The notes beneath the pieces are model-generated. The model saw only the letters and a list, made by a program, of their open reading frames with translations. It ran no database searches and had not been told where the DNA came from. A stretch of 64,000 nt of DNA from Balamuthia mandrillaris (Eukaryota), in contig JAVKOQ020000034.1 of assembly GCA_031835245.2 (NCBI GenBank), positions 186,001 through 250,000 on the forward strand, given 5' to 3'. The first letter of the stretch is position 1; each line of letters begins with the position of its first letter. A program made the position numbers and the translations under genes. Positions 12,494 through 23,814 of the stretch are shown here, piece after piece.

Positions 12494-15400
12494 ATGGCCA
12501 ACAGAGTGAACAACCCGTTCCTGCAGATGGACAAGAAGAAGCAGGAAGAGGAGGAGGCCTTTCGCCGACAAATGGAGGAAAGGCTTCGCAAGCGCGAGGA
12601 AATGGAGAAGCGGAAGCAACTCGGGCTAGACCCGCTGCCCGAAGACGACCACTCCGCCGCCAAAGAGCGGGAGGAGAGCGAGAGCGAGCAACAACGACGA
12701 AAGGAACAACAGGAAGAGGCGGAGCGAAAAGAGGCACAACGACTGGAAAAAGAGCGACAGATCCAGTTCGAGTTGGAGGAGAAGGAACGCATTGAGAGGT
12801 TGAGGCTGGAAAAGCTGAAGGAGATCGAGGAGGTCAAACAGGAAGTTGGAAAGAACAAGAAGCCCTTCAACCCCTTCTTGGAGGCTGACAAGAAGCGACA
12901 AGAAGAGGAGGAGGCCATGCGTCGTCTCTATGAGGAGAAACTGAGGAAGAGACAGGAGGGAGGGGGCTCGCAAGAGCAACTGCCAAAAGTCGGAGAAGAA
13001 GAGAAAGGAGAGCAAAAAGAAGAAGCGAAAGAGAAGGAACGGAGCGAAGAGGAGGAGGAAGAGCAAAGAAGGGAGAGAGAACAGAAAGAGAAAGAAGAGG
13101 AAGAAAGGAAGAGAAAAGAAGAGGAAGAAGAAACAAAACGCAGGGAAGCGGAAGAAGAGGAAGAGAAACGAAGAACAGAAGAACAGGAACGTAGACAGAA
13201 AGAAGAAGAGGAAAGAGCAAGGCTTGAGAAAGAAGAGGAGGAGCGTAGAGTCGCGGAAGAGAAGGAAAGAGAAGAAGAGAAAAGAAGAATGGTTGAAGAA
13301 GAGGAAGCAAGAAAGAAGCAAGAAGAGGAGGAAAAAATAAGAAAAGAAGCTGAAGAGGAGGCAGAAAGAAAGAGAATAGAAGAAGAAGAAACAAGGAAAA
13401 GAGAAGAGGAGGAACGCAAACAAGCCGAAGAGGAAGAACGAAAGAGAAAAGAAGAGGAGGAAAGGAAAAGAAGAGAGGAGGAAGAGGAAGCTGAAAGAAA
13501 GAAGCAAGAAGAAGAGGAAAGGGCCAAGAAAGAAGAGGAGGAGCGAAGACTTGCCGAAGAGAAAGAAAGAAAACAACGAGAGGAGGAAGAAGCAGAAAGA
13601 AGAAGAATAGAGGAAGAGGAACAAGAAAAAGCAAGGAAGGTCGCTGAAGAAGAGGAGGCACGAAGAAAGGCTGAGGAGGAAGAAAGAAAGAGGAGAGAAG
13701 AGGAGGAGGAAAGAAGAAGAAAAGAAGAGGAAGAAGAAAACGCAAGGAAGGCTGCTGAAGAAGAGGAAGCAAGGAGAAAGGCAGAAGAGGAAGAAAAAAA
13801 GAGGAAAGAAGAGGAGGAGGAAAGAAGAAGAAAAGAAGAGGAAGAAGAACGAGCAAGGAAGGCCGCTGAAGAAGAGGAGGCCCGAACAAAGGCAGAAGAG
13901 GAAGAAAGAAAGCGGAAAGAAGAGGAGGAGGAAAGAAGAAGAAAAGAAGAGGAAGAAGAACAAGCAAGGAAGGCCGCTGAAGAAGAGGAGGCACGAAGAA
14001 AGGCGGAGGAGGAGGAGGAAAGAAAGAAGGAGGAAGAAAGAAAGAGGAAAGAAGAAGAGGAAGAAAAAAGAAGAAAGGAAGAAGAGGAGGAAGAAAGAAG
14101 AAAAGCTGAAGAGGAAGCAAGAAAGAAGCAAGACGAGGAGGAAGCAAGGAAGAAGCAAGAAGAGGAAGAATCCGAACGGAAACGTAAACAAGCGGAAGAA
14201 GAAGCAGAAGCTGAACACCAACAAACCGCCCAACAGCAACAAGAGGAGAAGAAGACCACACCTAGAGTCTCCAACCCATTCCTCGAAGCTGACCGAAAGC
14301 GCCAAGAGGAAGAGGAAGCCGTGCGCCGTAAGCTCCTTGAGAAATGGTCTTCCAAGGAGGACATGAGCAACAAGACGGAGCAAGAAGGAAAGGAGGAAAC
14401 ACCTGCAACAACTCCCAGCGAACCAGCATCAGCGACACCAACCGCTGCTGCCTCTCCTCCAACGGACACGCTCCAAGTGGCCATGAAGATGGCAGAAGAG
14501 AGACGCTTACAGCTCCAGACCTCTGTTGCATCCAAAGAGCTTTTGGAGGATCTGTCTTCCTCCAAACCGACCGCAGAAGCTCTTCCCTCTGCAGTTACCA
14601 GTGGCAAGCTGCGAACTAGAAACAAAGCCGAGCCTGCCGCTTCTTCTCCTTCCCTCGCCCCTACTCTTTCTACTTCTCCGTCTGCCTCTCCTTCAACTCT
14701 TTCTCCCTCTCCTTCTCCTGCTCAACGAAGAGGCTTTACCGTTTCCGGTTCTGCCATCGTGGGACGTCCTCCTGCTGAGAAATCCGCTTCATCCTCCGCT
14801 TCTACTCGCTCGCCAAACATGGGCAAGGCCACCACTGACCCTTGTCACGTTTGTGGCAAGAGAGTGTACGCCACCGAAATGGTCAAAGTGGACGACATCA
14901 TCTTCCACAAGTTTTGCTTCCGCTGTGCTCATTGTAACAATACCCTCAAAGTGGGCACCTATGCCTCCCTTGAAGGCAGGTTTTACTGTAAGCCTCACTT
15001 CAAGCAGGTTCGTGTTATCTTCTTGTTCTTTATCTCATTCCCGTTTCTCTCTTGTGTTCTCATCATGCTCATTCGTTTTCTATACAGCTGTTCAAGACAA
15101 AAGGCAACTATGCGTCCGGTTTTGGCAACGACACCCCCATTGAACGTTGGGAGAAGTCCAAGTCCATGATTGGTGGCACTGTTCGCCCTAAAAGTCCCAC
15201 GCCAGCTGGAGGAGCTGACCGATCACCCCAACCGGCAGCACGTGCTGCTTCTTCAACCTCTATAACGACTAGCGGAGATGGAAAAGCCTCTGTGGACGCA
15301 GAGCTGGCAGCCCTTCGAAGCAGAGCTGAACAGAAACGTCGTGCTTTCACCGTTGGCAGCGTTCCTTCTTCCTCGTCTTCTGCTGTGGAGGCGCCGTTCT

Positions 15401-16489
15401 CTGCGGAGGAGAGCCAGTTGTGGATTTCCTACATTAATGAGCGTTTGAGGGATACCTCTTTGCCGGAGGTCAAGCGACGATTGCCCTTGGCAGCTGATCA
15501 CTCTGCATTTGCTGCTCTTGCTGACGGTGTTATCCTTTGGTTCGTTTGCTCTACTCTTCTTCTTTCTGCTTCATGCTTTATTTACTCTGTTGTTTTCTTT
15601 GCAGTAAATTTTTGGCAGAAATGGCACCATCTGCAGCCATTGATGAAAGAACTATTAACTTATTCGCGGTGGAAAAGTCAGTCAAAGTGGAGAACTGGAA
15701 CCTCTGCCTCAACTCTGGCAAAGCCATCGGCTGCCGCCTTAATCACATCTCCATCGACGATCTTATCGCCGCCGACGTATGTATTCTTGTGCTTGGTCCA
15801 ATTTCTTGTTCATCTTGTTCGTACATCTCTTATTTATTCTTTTACCGCTCTTATTTTCTGCCAACAGAAAGAAACAATGTTGTCTCTGATCTGGGAACTC
15901 ATCAAAGTAAACTTCTCTCTCTCTCTCTCTCTCTCTCTCCCTTCTTCCTACTCACACGATACCTCTTCTCAAATAATACAGGGAAGCTTGGTAGCGATGA
16001 TGCGCACTAACAAAGCTCGGTTGGAGCCAATTCTAGATGAGGAGAGCAATGAGTCTCTAACGGACGTTGCAGCTCTTGCTCCCGAGCAGATCCTGCTAAG
16101 ATGGCTCAACCTTTGCTTGGAACAAGGTGGGCATGCCCAAAGAGCCGTCGACCTCACCACCAGCGTCAAGGTGACTTTCCCTGTCTCTTTCCCTTTTTTC
16201 TTGCACTGGTTCTTTTTCACTTACACGAACAAACCAACCGCAGGACTCCAAAGCATACACGGTGTTGCTTCATCACTTGGCGCCACAGCAGTGCAGCTTG
16301 ATCGGCCTCCAAATGACGGAAGATTCGGAACGTGCTGAGTTGGTGGCCGAGGCTTCCATCAAACTTCTTTCTCAGCAACGCTCTTCTTCTTGTTCTCGCG
16401 TGACAACGGCACGCGGTTTGTTCGAAGGGAACTATCGTCAACACTTTAGTTTTCTGGCTCATCTCTTCTGTAGCAACATAAGCAACTAA
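12494..16489 (+). CDS. Large cytoskeletal protein: NPF repeats, ER/K helix, LIM domain and fimbrin/plastin-type tandem CH actin-binding domain
   Basis: LIM domain CHVCGKRVY...FHKFCFRCAHC...YCKPHFKQLFKTKGNY. Spliced exons give LADGVILCKF..AIDERTIN..ENWNLCLNSGKAIGC..LIWELIK..PEQILLRWLN..VKDSKAY, matching fimbrin ABD1. Confidence 0.85.
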
Positions 16490-16515
16490 CAAAGTTTAGA
16501 AGGAAGCTTATGTTT

Positions 16516-17580
16516 TCATTCTTTCCGAAGGAGACCAGGAGAAGAAGTTCTCCTTTGTTCGTTTGTCTTTGCCTCTGCTTCACTGCTTCCTCCTTCTCCT
16601 CCACCTCGCAAAGCCAAAACCAGGTGCAACAGGCTTCCACCACGAACATTATATTCGGCAAGCGTCCTCTCATCCGCCATTTGGCGCCCCCTCCAAATGA
16701 TCCTCTGCTGAGAGGCCGGCACGCCAGACTTCTCCTCCAACAACTCTTTCAGCTGTTCCACGGTGTAGCTCGGCGTCGCTCGTAAGGTGATCGCTTTGCC
16801 GGTTAATGTTTTTACAAGTACACTCATTTCTCCGTTTTCTTCCTCCTCCGTTTCTCTTCTTGCTTGGAGGATTGTTGGCGCTGTTGACAAAGTTCTGGAA
16901 GAGAAGATGATTCCTACTCCTCTCTCTGCTTCCTCCTCTTCTTCTTCCTCCTCTTCTTTTGCTGAATGACTACGTACAAGGTTTTGCAGTGTTGCTTGTT
17001 GTTGTTGCTGTTGGTGAAAAGGTTTCATGAGACGCATTCGTTTATAGACCGCTTTGAGCTGTTCTCTGTCGTAGGGCGGTCTTCCTTGCTCGCACCCTTC
17101 CTCTTCTTCCTCTTCCTCTTCTCCATGCTGCTGTTGTTTGCCAAAGAAATAGGCATGTTCTGCCAGCTCGTCGTTCGTGTTGTCCCATCCCCTTCGGCTT
17201 CGTTTCCGGCCACCGCCGAGAGAAGAGGCAGAGGCGGAGGCAGAAGAAGAAAAGGAGGCAAAGGAAAAGGTGAACGGGGAAGGAGGATGAAAGTGAGTGG
17301 AGTCTTCAAAGGTCACCACGTTGTTGGAGGAAGAAGAGGAGAAAAGGGCGGGCACGGAGATGGAGGGTTGCGGAGGGGGAAAGGCGCTTGCGGAGGAAGA
17401 AGCAGCGGTGGAAGAAAAAACGGAAACGGGGTTGTGGTTGCTAGTGTCGAAAGAAAAGTTTGGTTTGGCGAAAGGAGAAGAAGTTGCGTCGATCGTTGAT
17501 CGACGAGAGGATTGAGGCGAGGAAGGGGCTATGTCCATCTCGAAGGCAGAGGAGGAGTGCATGGCCAACCTATCGTCCAT
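16516..17580 (-). CDS. Intronless protein with a ubiquitin/NEDD8-like domain near the C-terminus
   Basis: MSVLVKTLTGKAITL...LKELLEEKSGVPASQQRIIWRGRQMADERTLAEYNV..LHLVLALRGG followed by a 27-aa tail. The long N-terminus is disordered. Confidence 0.85.
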   Translation of the reverse strand: MDDRLAMHSSSAFEMDIAPSSPQSSRRSTIDATSSPFAKPNFSFDTSNHNPVSVFSSTAASSSASAFPPPQPSISVPALFSSSSSNNVVTFEDSTHFHPPSPFTFSFASFSSSASASASSLGGGRKRSRRGWDNTNDELAEHAYFFGKQQQHGEEEEEEEEGCEQGRPPYDREQLKAVYKRMRLMKPFHQQQQQQATLQNLVRSHSAKEEEEEEEEEAERGVGIIFSSRTLSTAPTILQARRETEEEENGEMSVLVKTLTGKAITLRATPSYTVEQLKELLEEKSGVPASQQRIIWRGRQMADERTLAEYNVRGGSLLHLVLALRGGGEGGSSEAEAKTNEQRRTSSPGLLRKE

Positions 17581-18124
17581 AGTCCAACATGAAATAACAA
17601 GAGGAGAGGTGCTGTCGTTGATGGCAATTGAACAGAGGACACTGGGACCAGAAAAAAAAAACTTAAGAAACAACCACCATCAACCACTAAAAGAGTAGCA
17701 AGCAACGAGCAACAAAAAAAAAAAAGGAGGGTGCTTGCGAGGAGGGAGGTACAAGAAAGGGGGGGGGGGAATCTTTGGGCAGAGAGGTGAGCGGCGGTGG
17801 CTAGCTGTTGAAAAAGCGGCTCTTTTTCGTTTCTCTTCTCTCGCGTGTACCTGTTAAAATTGTTCCAGGAAAATAAAAGCGGGTGTGTTCCTGTGGCCTC
17901 TCACGTGATCACATGCCTTTTCGGATGGGCGGGAAAAGGGGGAGGGGGGGGGGTTGGGGAGGACGAAAGGGGCCACAAACGAGGGAAGAAGAAGAAAGGC
18001 AATAGGCAAGGCCTCTCTTCTTCGTTTCTTTTCTTTATAGCCTTCTTCCCGTTTTATTTATCTGGCTTTGAGGTTTCACACAAACAGAAGGAGCTGGGCC
18101 TGCATAACGCAGTTGCTGATGTCC

Positions 18125-18358
18125 TCAAAAGAACTTCCTGACCGCGCTGTGCACGGCGTCTACCCTATTTCTGTGGTGGCCGTGGTGCGTTGCCTTGGTG
18201 CCTCCCAGTTCGGTGACCGTGGCTTTGTGGCCTTGGGTTCCGGTCTTGAGGACCTGGTGCACTTCCACAAGGAACTTTCTGTCCCCAATCTCCAGGCTTT
18301 TGGTTTCGCTTCTCTGCCAGAGGTTTATGGCAGGCTGGACGAGTTGGAGGTAATCCAT
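18125..18358 (-). CDS. Small hypothetical protein (77 aa)
   Basis: ATG-initiated, intronless, non-low-complexity ORF. No family recognised. Confidence 0.4.
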   Translation of the reverse strand: MDYLQLVQPAINLWQRSETKSLEIGDRKFLVEVHQVLKTGTQGHKATVTELGGTKATHHGHHRNRVDAVHSAVRKFF

Positions 18359-18674
18359 TGGTCTTCTTCCTCAGGGTCCCTGGGTTGTCTCCTGTTTTTT
18401 CTTTTGCTCAGCAGTTTCTTTTTCTAGGCCTCAACTGTAGAACTTCCTCAACGGACCAGAAGTAGTTGCCAAACGGCAAATGGACCAGCGTTCTTGTGCC
18501 ACCGCAACAATTGGCAAGAAAGCAGTGCTCCACAACTATGCTTTAATTGCTTTCTTTTTTACACACCAAAAATCTATAAAGCCTGCCTATGGATACAAGA
18601 ACGAGTCGAAAGTTGCGAGAGTAGCAGCGTGTGGCAAGCCAGACATTTCCAGAATTGTAACCAAGACAAAGAAG

Positions 18675-19049
18675 ATGGGAAACGCGCACTGTCTGGTACA
18701 CAACGACACCCCAGAACCAGCCGTTGTCATAACCTACAATTATTCGGATTGCGTGAACGTGGTGCCCTTTCGAATGTACATCGTCAAACCGAATGAAACC
18801 CGCGAGGTCAAGGCGGCCGCCGATTTCAGGGGTCTGAAGCTTCGCCTCCAGCTGGAGGATGACAAGTCGGGCGTCTACATGGCCGCGAACAACGATGAGG
18901 TGCTGGTGAGCGTTATTGGAAAGATGACTGGCGGGCGCATTCGCCTGGAACATGTGAAGGCTGGGATAGAGGTGGCGGGAAGCGGGCTGGTGAAGTTTGT
19001 TGAAGCGGGTGGAGCTTTCGTAGGAGCATTTATGCAGGCCAAAAAATAA
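18675..19049 (+). CDS. Small hypothetical beta-rich protein (124 aa), possibly N-myristoylated (MGNAHC)
   Basis: ATG in an A-rich context, GC3-biased codons, and the stop overlaps AATAAA. Confidence 0.65.
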   Translation: MGNAHCLVHNDTPEPAVVITYNYSDCVNVVPFRMYIVKPNETREVKAAADFRGLKLRLQLEDDKSGVYMAANNDEVLVSVIGKMTGGRIRLEHVKAGIEVAGSGLVKFVEAGGAFVGAFMQAKK

Positions 19050-19100
19050 AGTGGTACCCTTATCATTCCCTTGTATATAAAATCACTGTTGTTTATGCTG

Positions 19101-19300
19101 TTCATCTTCTTCTTTCTCTTCTTCTTCTTCTTCTTCTTCTTGTTCTTCTTCTTGTTCTTCTTCTTCTTCTTCTTTTTCTTTTTCTTCTTTTTCTTCTTCT
19201 TCTTCTTCTTCTTCTTGTTCTTCTTGTTCTTCTTCTTGTTCTTCTTCTTGTTCTTCTTGTTCTTCTTCTTCTTCTTCTTCTTCTTCTTCTTCTTCTTCTT
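19101..19300. repeat. (TTC/TTG)n microsatellite
   Basis: About 200 bp of trinucleotide repeat, seen directly. Confidence 0.95.
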
Positions 19301-19319
19301 CTCCTCAGAAGAAAAAAGC

Positions 19320-19532
19320 CTAACCAAACATCAGAATCCGACTCGGGAGCAGCGGTTTTGCTTCTAACATGACGGGGCTACCTCGTGCTCTTTGGCCTTC
19401 CGTTGGAACATCGAATTGGTTGGTGTATCGAGGATCCGAGAAGAGACCCACTTCCAAAGCGGTTGTCGTCAATTTAGAAGTGGCGAAGACGAAAAAGAAG
19501 CACAGAAAGATAAGCGCTTGGGTGCGGTCCAT
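19320..19532 (-). CDS. Possible small secreted peptide or gene remnant (70 aa)
   Basis: Signal-peptide-like N-terminus MDRTQALIFLCFFFVFATSKLTTTA. There is no other support. Confidence 0.3.
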   Translation of the reverse strand: MDRTQALIFLCFFFVFATSKLTTTALEVGLFSDPRYTNQFDVPTEGQRARGSPVMLEAKPLLPSRILMFG

Positions 19533-19758
19533 AGCTGTATATGATGCTTGTTTTTTTGTTGCCTTGGTTGTTACTCGGGAAGTTTTGACAATTGCAAATA
19601 GTGTGAGACGGTAATTCACGCAACCTTTAAAACAACAAAAAAAAAGGTCAAAAATGCGTGTGCTATTCACAGAACGAGAGAAAAAGAGAAAAGTACCATT
19701 GCCATCTCCAATTGGAGTCTCTCGACAGTAATTTTCTCAACGTTTAGTGTCACGTGAT

Positions 19759-21890
19759 TCATTTTGTATTGGTGCTATTTTCGGGGAGGTGTTTTCTGGG
19801 ACCACGGAGGAAAGAGTGCAGAGTAGCTTGTTTGGTCGTCGGTGAAGTTGTTACGAAAGAACGTTTCTTGTGATGGTCGTTTTGTTCTTCAGGTTCGCTC
19901 AACGTGAGGTCGATTACGTGTGTATCTTTATCATTCTTCTTTTCTTCCCTTCTTGGGTGAAAGTCTTCGTCTTCGAGATCTTGTCCCTGAGAGGTGTCTC
20001 CGGCAAACAGTTCTTCTTGTTCGGACCAATCTCCTTCCATGACTAGTTGAAGCCAGTCTTCGTACACCTGCTGTCCTTGTTGCTCGTCTTTCTCGTCTGT
20101 CGTGTCCGTTTTGTCAATCTTGTTCGTCACCTGTTCTCTTTCTTCTCTGTCTTTTTCGATTGCTTCCTCGTTTTCTGCTGTAATATCAATGAGAGAGGAT
20201 TGAAAGGAAGGTGTTTTTGCTCGCGGCGAAAAGTAGTGAAGAAGTGGCCCTTTTTCCTTTGATGCAGAAGCTATACTGGTTGGTGCGCTTTCGCAGCGTT
20301 GAAAAAGTTTTGGTCGTTTTTGAGGTGTAACAGTATCAACAGAAGAAGAAGAAGAAGAAGAAGAAGAAGAAGAAGAAGAAGAAGAAGAACAAGAAGAAGA
20401 AGAAGAAGAAGAACAAGAACAAGAACAAGAACAAGCAGAACAAGCAGAAGGACAAGAAGAAGCATCACTAGGAGTTTGGCTAGAAGGAGTTCCACGTGAA
20501 AAGAATCGTAGCAGGGAAGAAGAGGAGAAAGAAGGAAAAGAAGATGCGATTGTAGAGAGCACGGAAGATGATTTTCGTTTTTGTGGAGTAAGACGAGAAC
20601 TCGTCGTTGCTGAAGCGGTGTCCTTATCAACTGAAGACATAAAAGATGACGAACTGGTGATAGCCAAGGAGGAGGAAGAAGATACAGAAAAGGAAGCTGG
20701 AGAGATAGATGGAAGGCTTTGGCTCCGGTTAATACGTTGAAAGTGCGAATGAATGTACTTTGGACTTGCGGGATTCAGAATGTCATCAAAGTGCTGCAAC
20801 ACTTTTTGTGTTTGTTGCTTCGAATAACAGTTGACCGTCGGAATAATCTTCGTTGGCCGCAAGAAGGCCACAAACTCTCGTAGTTCTTTGTAGTTGGAAT
20901 GTTCTGAGTATGGCACCGAATAGATCGTTAAATTAGGACCTTGCTCTGTTCGTTTGAAGGAATTGCCGCTCCAACCAGTCGGGCGAAACCCAACAATGCG
21001 TTCATACTTATTTGTGGTAAGGGTTTGGCTCATTTGTTCAAAGTTTATCGCTCCCATAGCACACTATACAATCAATCAAGTTGGTTATTTTTTTTTAAAG
21101 AAAAACGAGAGAAGCAGAAAAAATGCACGAACGTACAACGTGAACGTTTGTTATATCAGGATTTGTTGTTAAAATGGAGGTCATGTCGTTTAAGTCGAGA
21201 CATTCCAGAATCTTCCACCTTGTGAACACAGATTAGAACTGGATGAGTGCACAAGAGAAGAGAGCGATTCTTACTTAGTTTTGTTGACATAAACTTTTTT
21301 CTGAAACTGACGAGCAACAGCACAAAACACTTTTTCTTTGCCAATGAGATACGTTCCAATCAAGAATAGTGTAGATGGAGAGCTCTATCAGAGCACGAAT
21401 TTCAGTTTTAAGAGTTGAGAGAAGGGGAGAGAGAAAGAGCGAGAGAGAGGCAAACAGAGATGAATATTGAAGAGACTGACCCTCATTTCATCATGGATGA
21501 TTTGAAGAACAGAATGAACAGCTTCTTCTTGTGTTGGGAAAGCATGCTTCGGATGGCAAAAGGTGTTGTCTAGGTACAATGCTGATACAATATAATGAAG
21601 TGCTTAGTGGATGTGAATGAAATAAAGAGCAACAATATCAAACAATGAACAACGGATGAAGCTTACTATCTATATGAATGCTCGACAATTGAGGATAGGA
21701 CTTCATCTTTGGGTGATATCTGAAATCACCAACGTGAAGGATGTGCTTATTCCCCACACGAAATAAAAACAAGACTGCTCCCTGTTATCATGAATGGCAA
21801 AGAGAAGATGAGAAAGAGAAAGAGAAGAGTTTAAAGGATAATTAAAACAGAGAGAAAAACTCCTGAGAAAACAGGAAAGGCATATAGGCG

Positions 21891-21936
<46 letters not shown>

Positions 21937-22070
21937 CGTGAAGAAATGCTCACAGGGCAGTGGTTTGCCGGCAACAATGTAACTTCGATGTTTTCTATGA
22001 TGACAGGCGATTTCACTGATGGAGGCGAAAGGTCGGTTGTTAATAAGTTTCATGCCTTGAGCAAGGAGAC

Positions 22071-22119
<49 letters not shown>

Positions 22120-22715
22120 GGAGGGAGAGGGAGAGAGAGAGAGAGAGAGGAAGAGAGAGAAGGAGAGCTAAACATACTAGGAAGAGGGCGTAAGAGGTGT
22201 TGCGGTACTTGCAACTGCTTAACGACTAACCTTGCCGTGATCTCAGAACAGTCTTTTTTTTTTTGTTAAAAAAAATATCCATCAACAACAACAACAAAGA
22301 GAAAAGTTTCACGAAACGCTGAACGTACAAATGAGACCAGCAGAAAAAGACTTGGTAAGTCCCATGTAGTGATCCGAATGGAAGTGACTGAACAAATAAA
22401 AGAGAGTGGAAGAGGATGAGGTAAGATCAGATCAAACATCAGCAAACAATCTTATTTTTTAAAAAAAACTGACGTAAGAAAATAAGAAGTGCACCAAGTG
22501 CGTTGATGCCGAAATCCATCCACGATGAAGTTGGTGCTCTCCACTTGTTTGAAGTAGGGAAAGTAGGAGGAGGAGGAGGCGGAGTTGCCGCGGCCTTTAT
22601 TCCAACCAGTGTTGCCGTACCGGCCGCGCCATCCCTTTTTTTTCTCCGCTCCAGCAGCAGCCGAGGAGGCAGGAGGAGAAGAAGAGGAGGAAGCGTGGCT
22701 GCTCTCTGCTTCCAT
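19759..22715 (-). CDS. SNM1: DNA cross-link repair nuclease SNM1/PSO2 (DCLRE1A-like; MBL + beta-CASP)
   Basis: Motifs FIVDGF, YFLTHFHSDHYMGL, LLPANHCPGA, LHVGDFR, YLDNTF, IGKEK, GFRPTGW, VPYSEHSNYKELREFV and KIIPTVN across the exons. Confidence 0.93.
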
Positions 22716-23063
22716 CTTTTTTGTGTTCAATTGAAACAATTTTTTGAGCCAAAAAATTTTCTTCGAAATATTTTGTAAGTCGACAAAAATAATTTATAAT
22801 TTAAACAAAACACACAAAGAGGAGAGAAATGCTGCCCTCTTGGCCTCTTCTTTTGTGTTGTTGTTTGATTCCGATGTTGTTTGTTGTTGGTCAAGAGAAG
22901 AAGAGTTAGTTGGTCGGCTTGTGCCTATTCAAAAATAACAAAAGCCTATATGCTATCATCAAAAAAAAAAAAAAAAAAACAAAGATAAATAAAAATATTA
23001 CACAATTGCGAATGGTTTCTTTTGGTTGGCTGAGTTTTTTTTTCTTTCTTTTTTGCAACTGTT

Positions 23064-23495
23064 TCAGTGGTGATGGTGCCCATGATGATGGTGGTGTCCG
23101 TGGTGATGGTGCCCATGATGATGATGGTGGCCGTGGTGATGATGGTCATGATGGTGGTGCCCATGGTGATGATGGTGGCCGTGGTGGCCAAAGTCCACAT
23201 GGTGATGGTGCACGTCTGTTTGGAAACTGAGGAAACAGTAAATGAAAGAGCACATTTTTTTGTAAACACTGTAAAAGAAAAATGGAGAAAAAAAAGCAGA
23301 GTGCAAAGAAGCATATAACAACAAATTTAAATAAAAATAACAGCAAGAGAGGAAGGAGCGGAGCAAACAAAAACAAAAGAGAACCCCAAAAACAGAAACG
23401 AACCCTATGTGGCCATGGTGATGATGATGTCCGTGGTGGTGATGCCGGTCGTGGTGCACCACTTCCACAGTTTCACAGGATTCACAAAGGCCCAT
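23064..23495 (-). CDS. 84-aa histidine-rich peptide with an MGxCxS lipidation motif; exons 23495-23404 and 23226-23064
   Basis: Removing a 177-nt pyrimidine-rich GT-AG intron gives MGLCESCETVEVVHHDRHHHHG...(GHHHH)n. His codons mix CAC and CAT. Confidence 0.8.
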   Translation of the reverse strand: MGLCESCETVEVVHHDRHHHHGHHHHHGHIGFVSVFGVLFCFCLLRSFLSCCYFYLNLLLYASLHSAFFSPFFFYSVYKKMCSFIYCFLSFQTDVHHHHVDFGHHGHHHHHGHHHHDHHHHGHHHHHGHHHHGHHHHHGHHHH

Positions 23496-23814
23496 CTTAT
23501 CCGGTTCGGTTTGTCTGTTTTTTTTTTTTTGTTTTGTTTTTTGTATTATAGTTTTGTATTTTCTCTTTTGTAAAAGGTGGTGGTTACACTTTTCTTTTTC
23601 CTTTTCGTTTTCAAGTTTTCGTTGTTTCGCTGTTAATCTTATATTAAAAGTTCATTTATCGCCGAAAGAGGCACCTATCGATATTTATCATCATGTTTTT
23701 AATATATTTAACAATTTTTAACACAATTGATATTTTGCTTTAAGACAATAAAATTAGAACAATTTTCAACTTTTTCGAAAAGTCACAAAAATATCGAAAA
23801 CAACAAAACAAAAG

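Noticed and set aside
12626..14625. Long minus-strand ORFs rich in Leu, Phe and Ser
   Set aside because: They are antisense shadows of the GAA-rich ER/K coding region.
18875..19367. Poly-Lys and poly-Phe ORFs (also at 62014-62465 and 49325-49699)
   Set aside because: They are translations of (GAA/TTC)n microsatellites.
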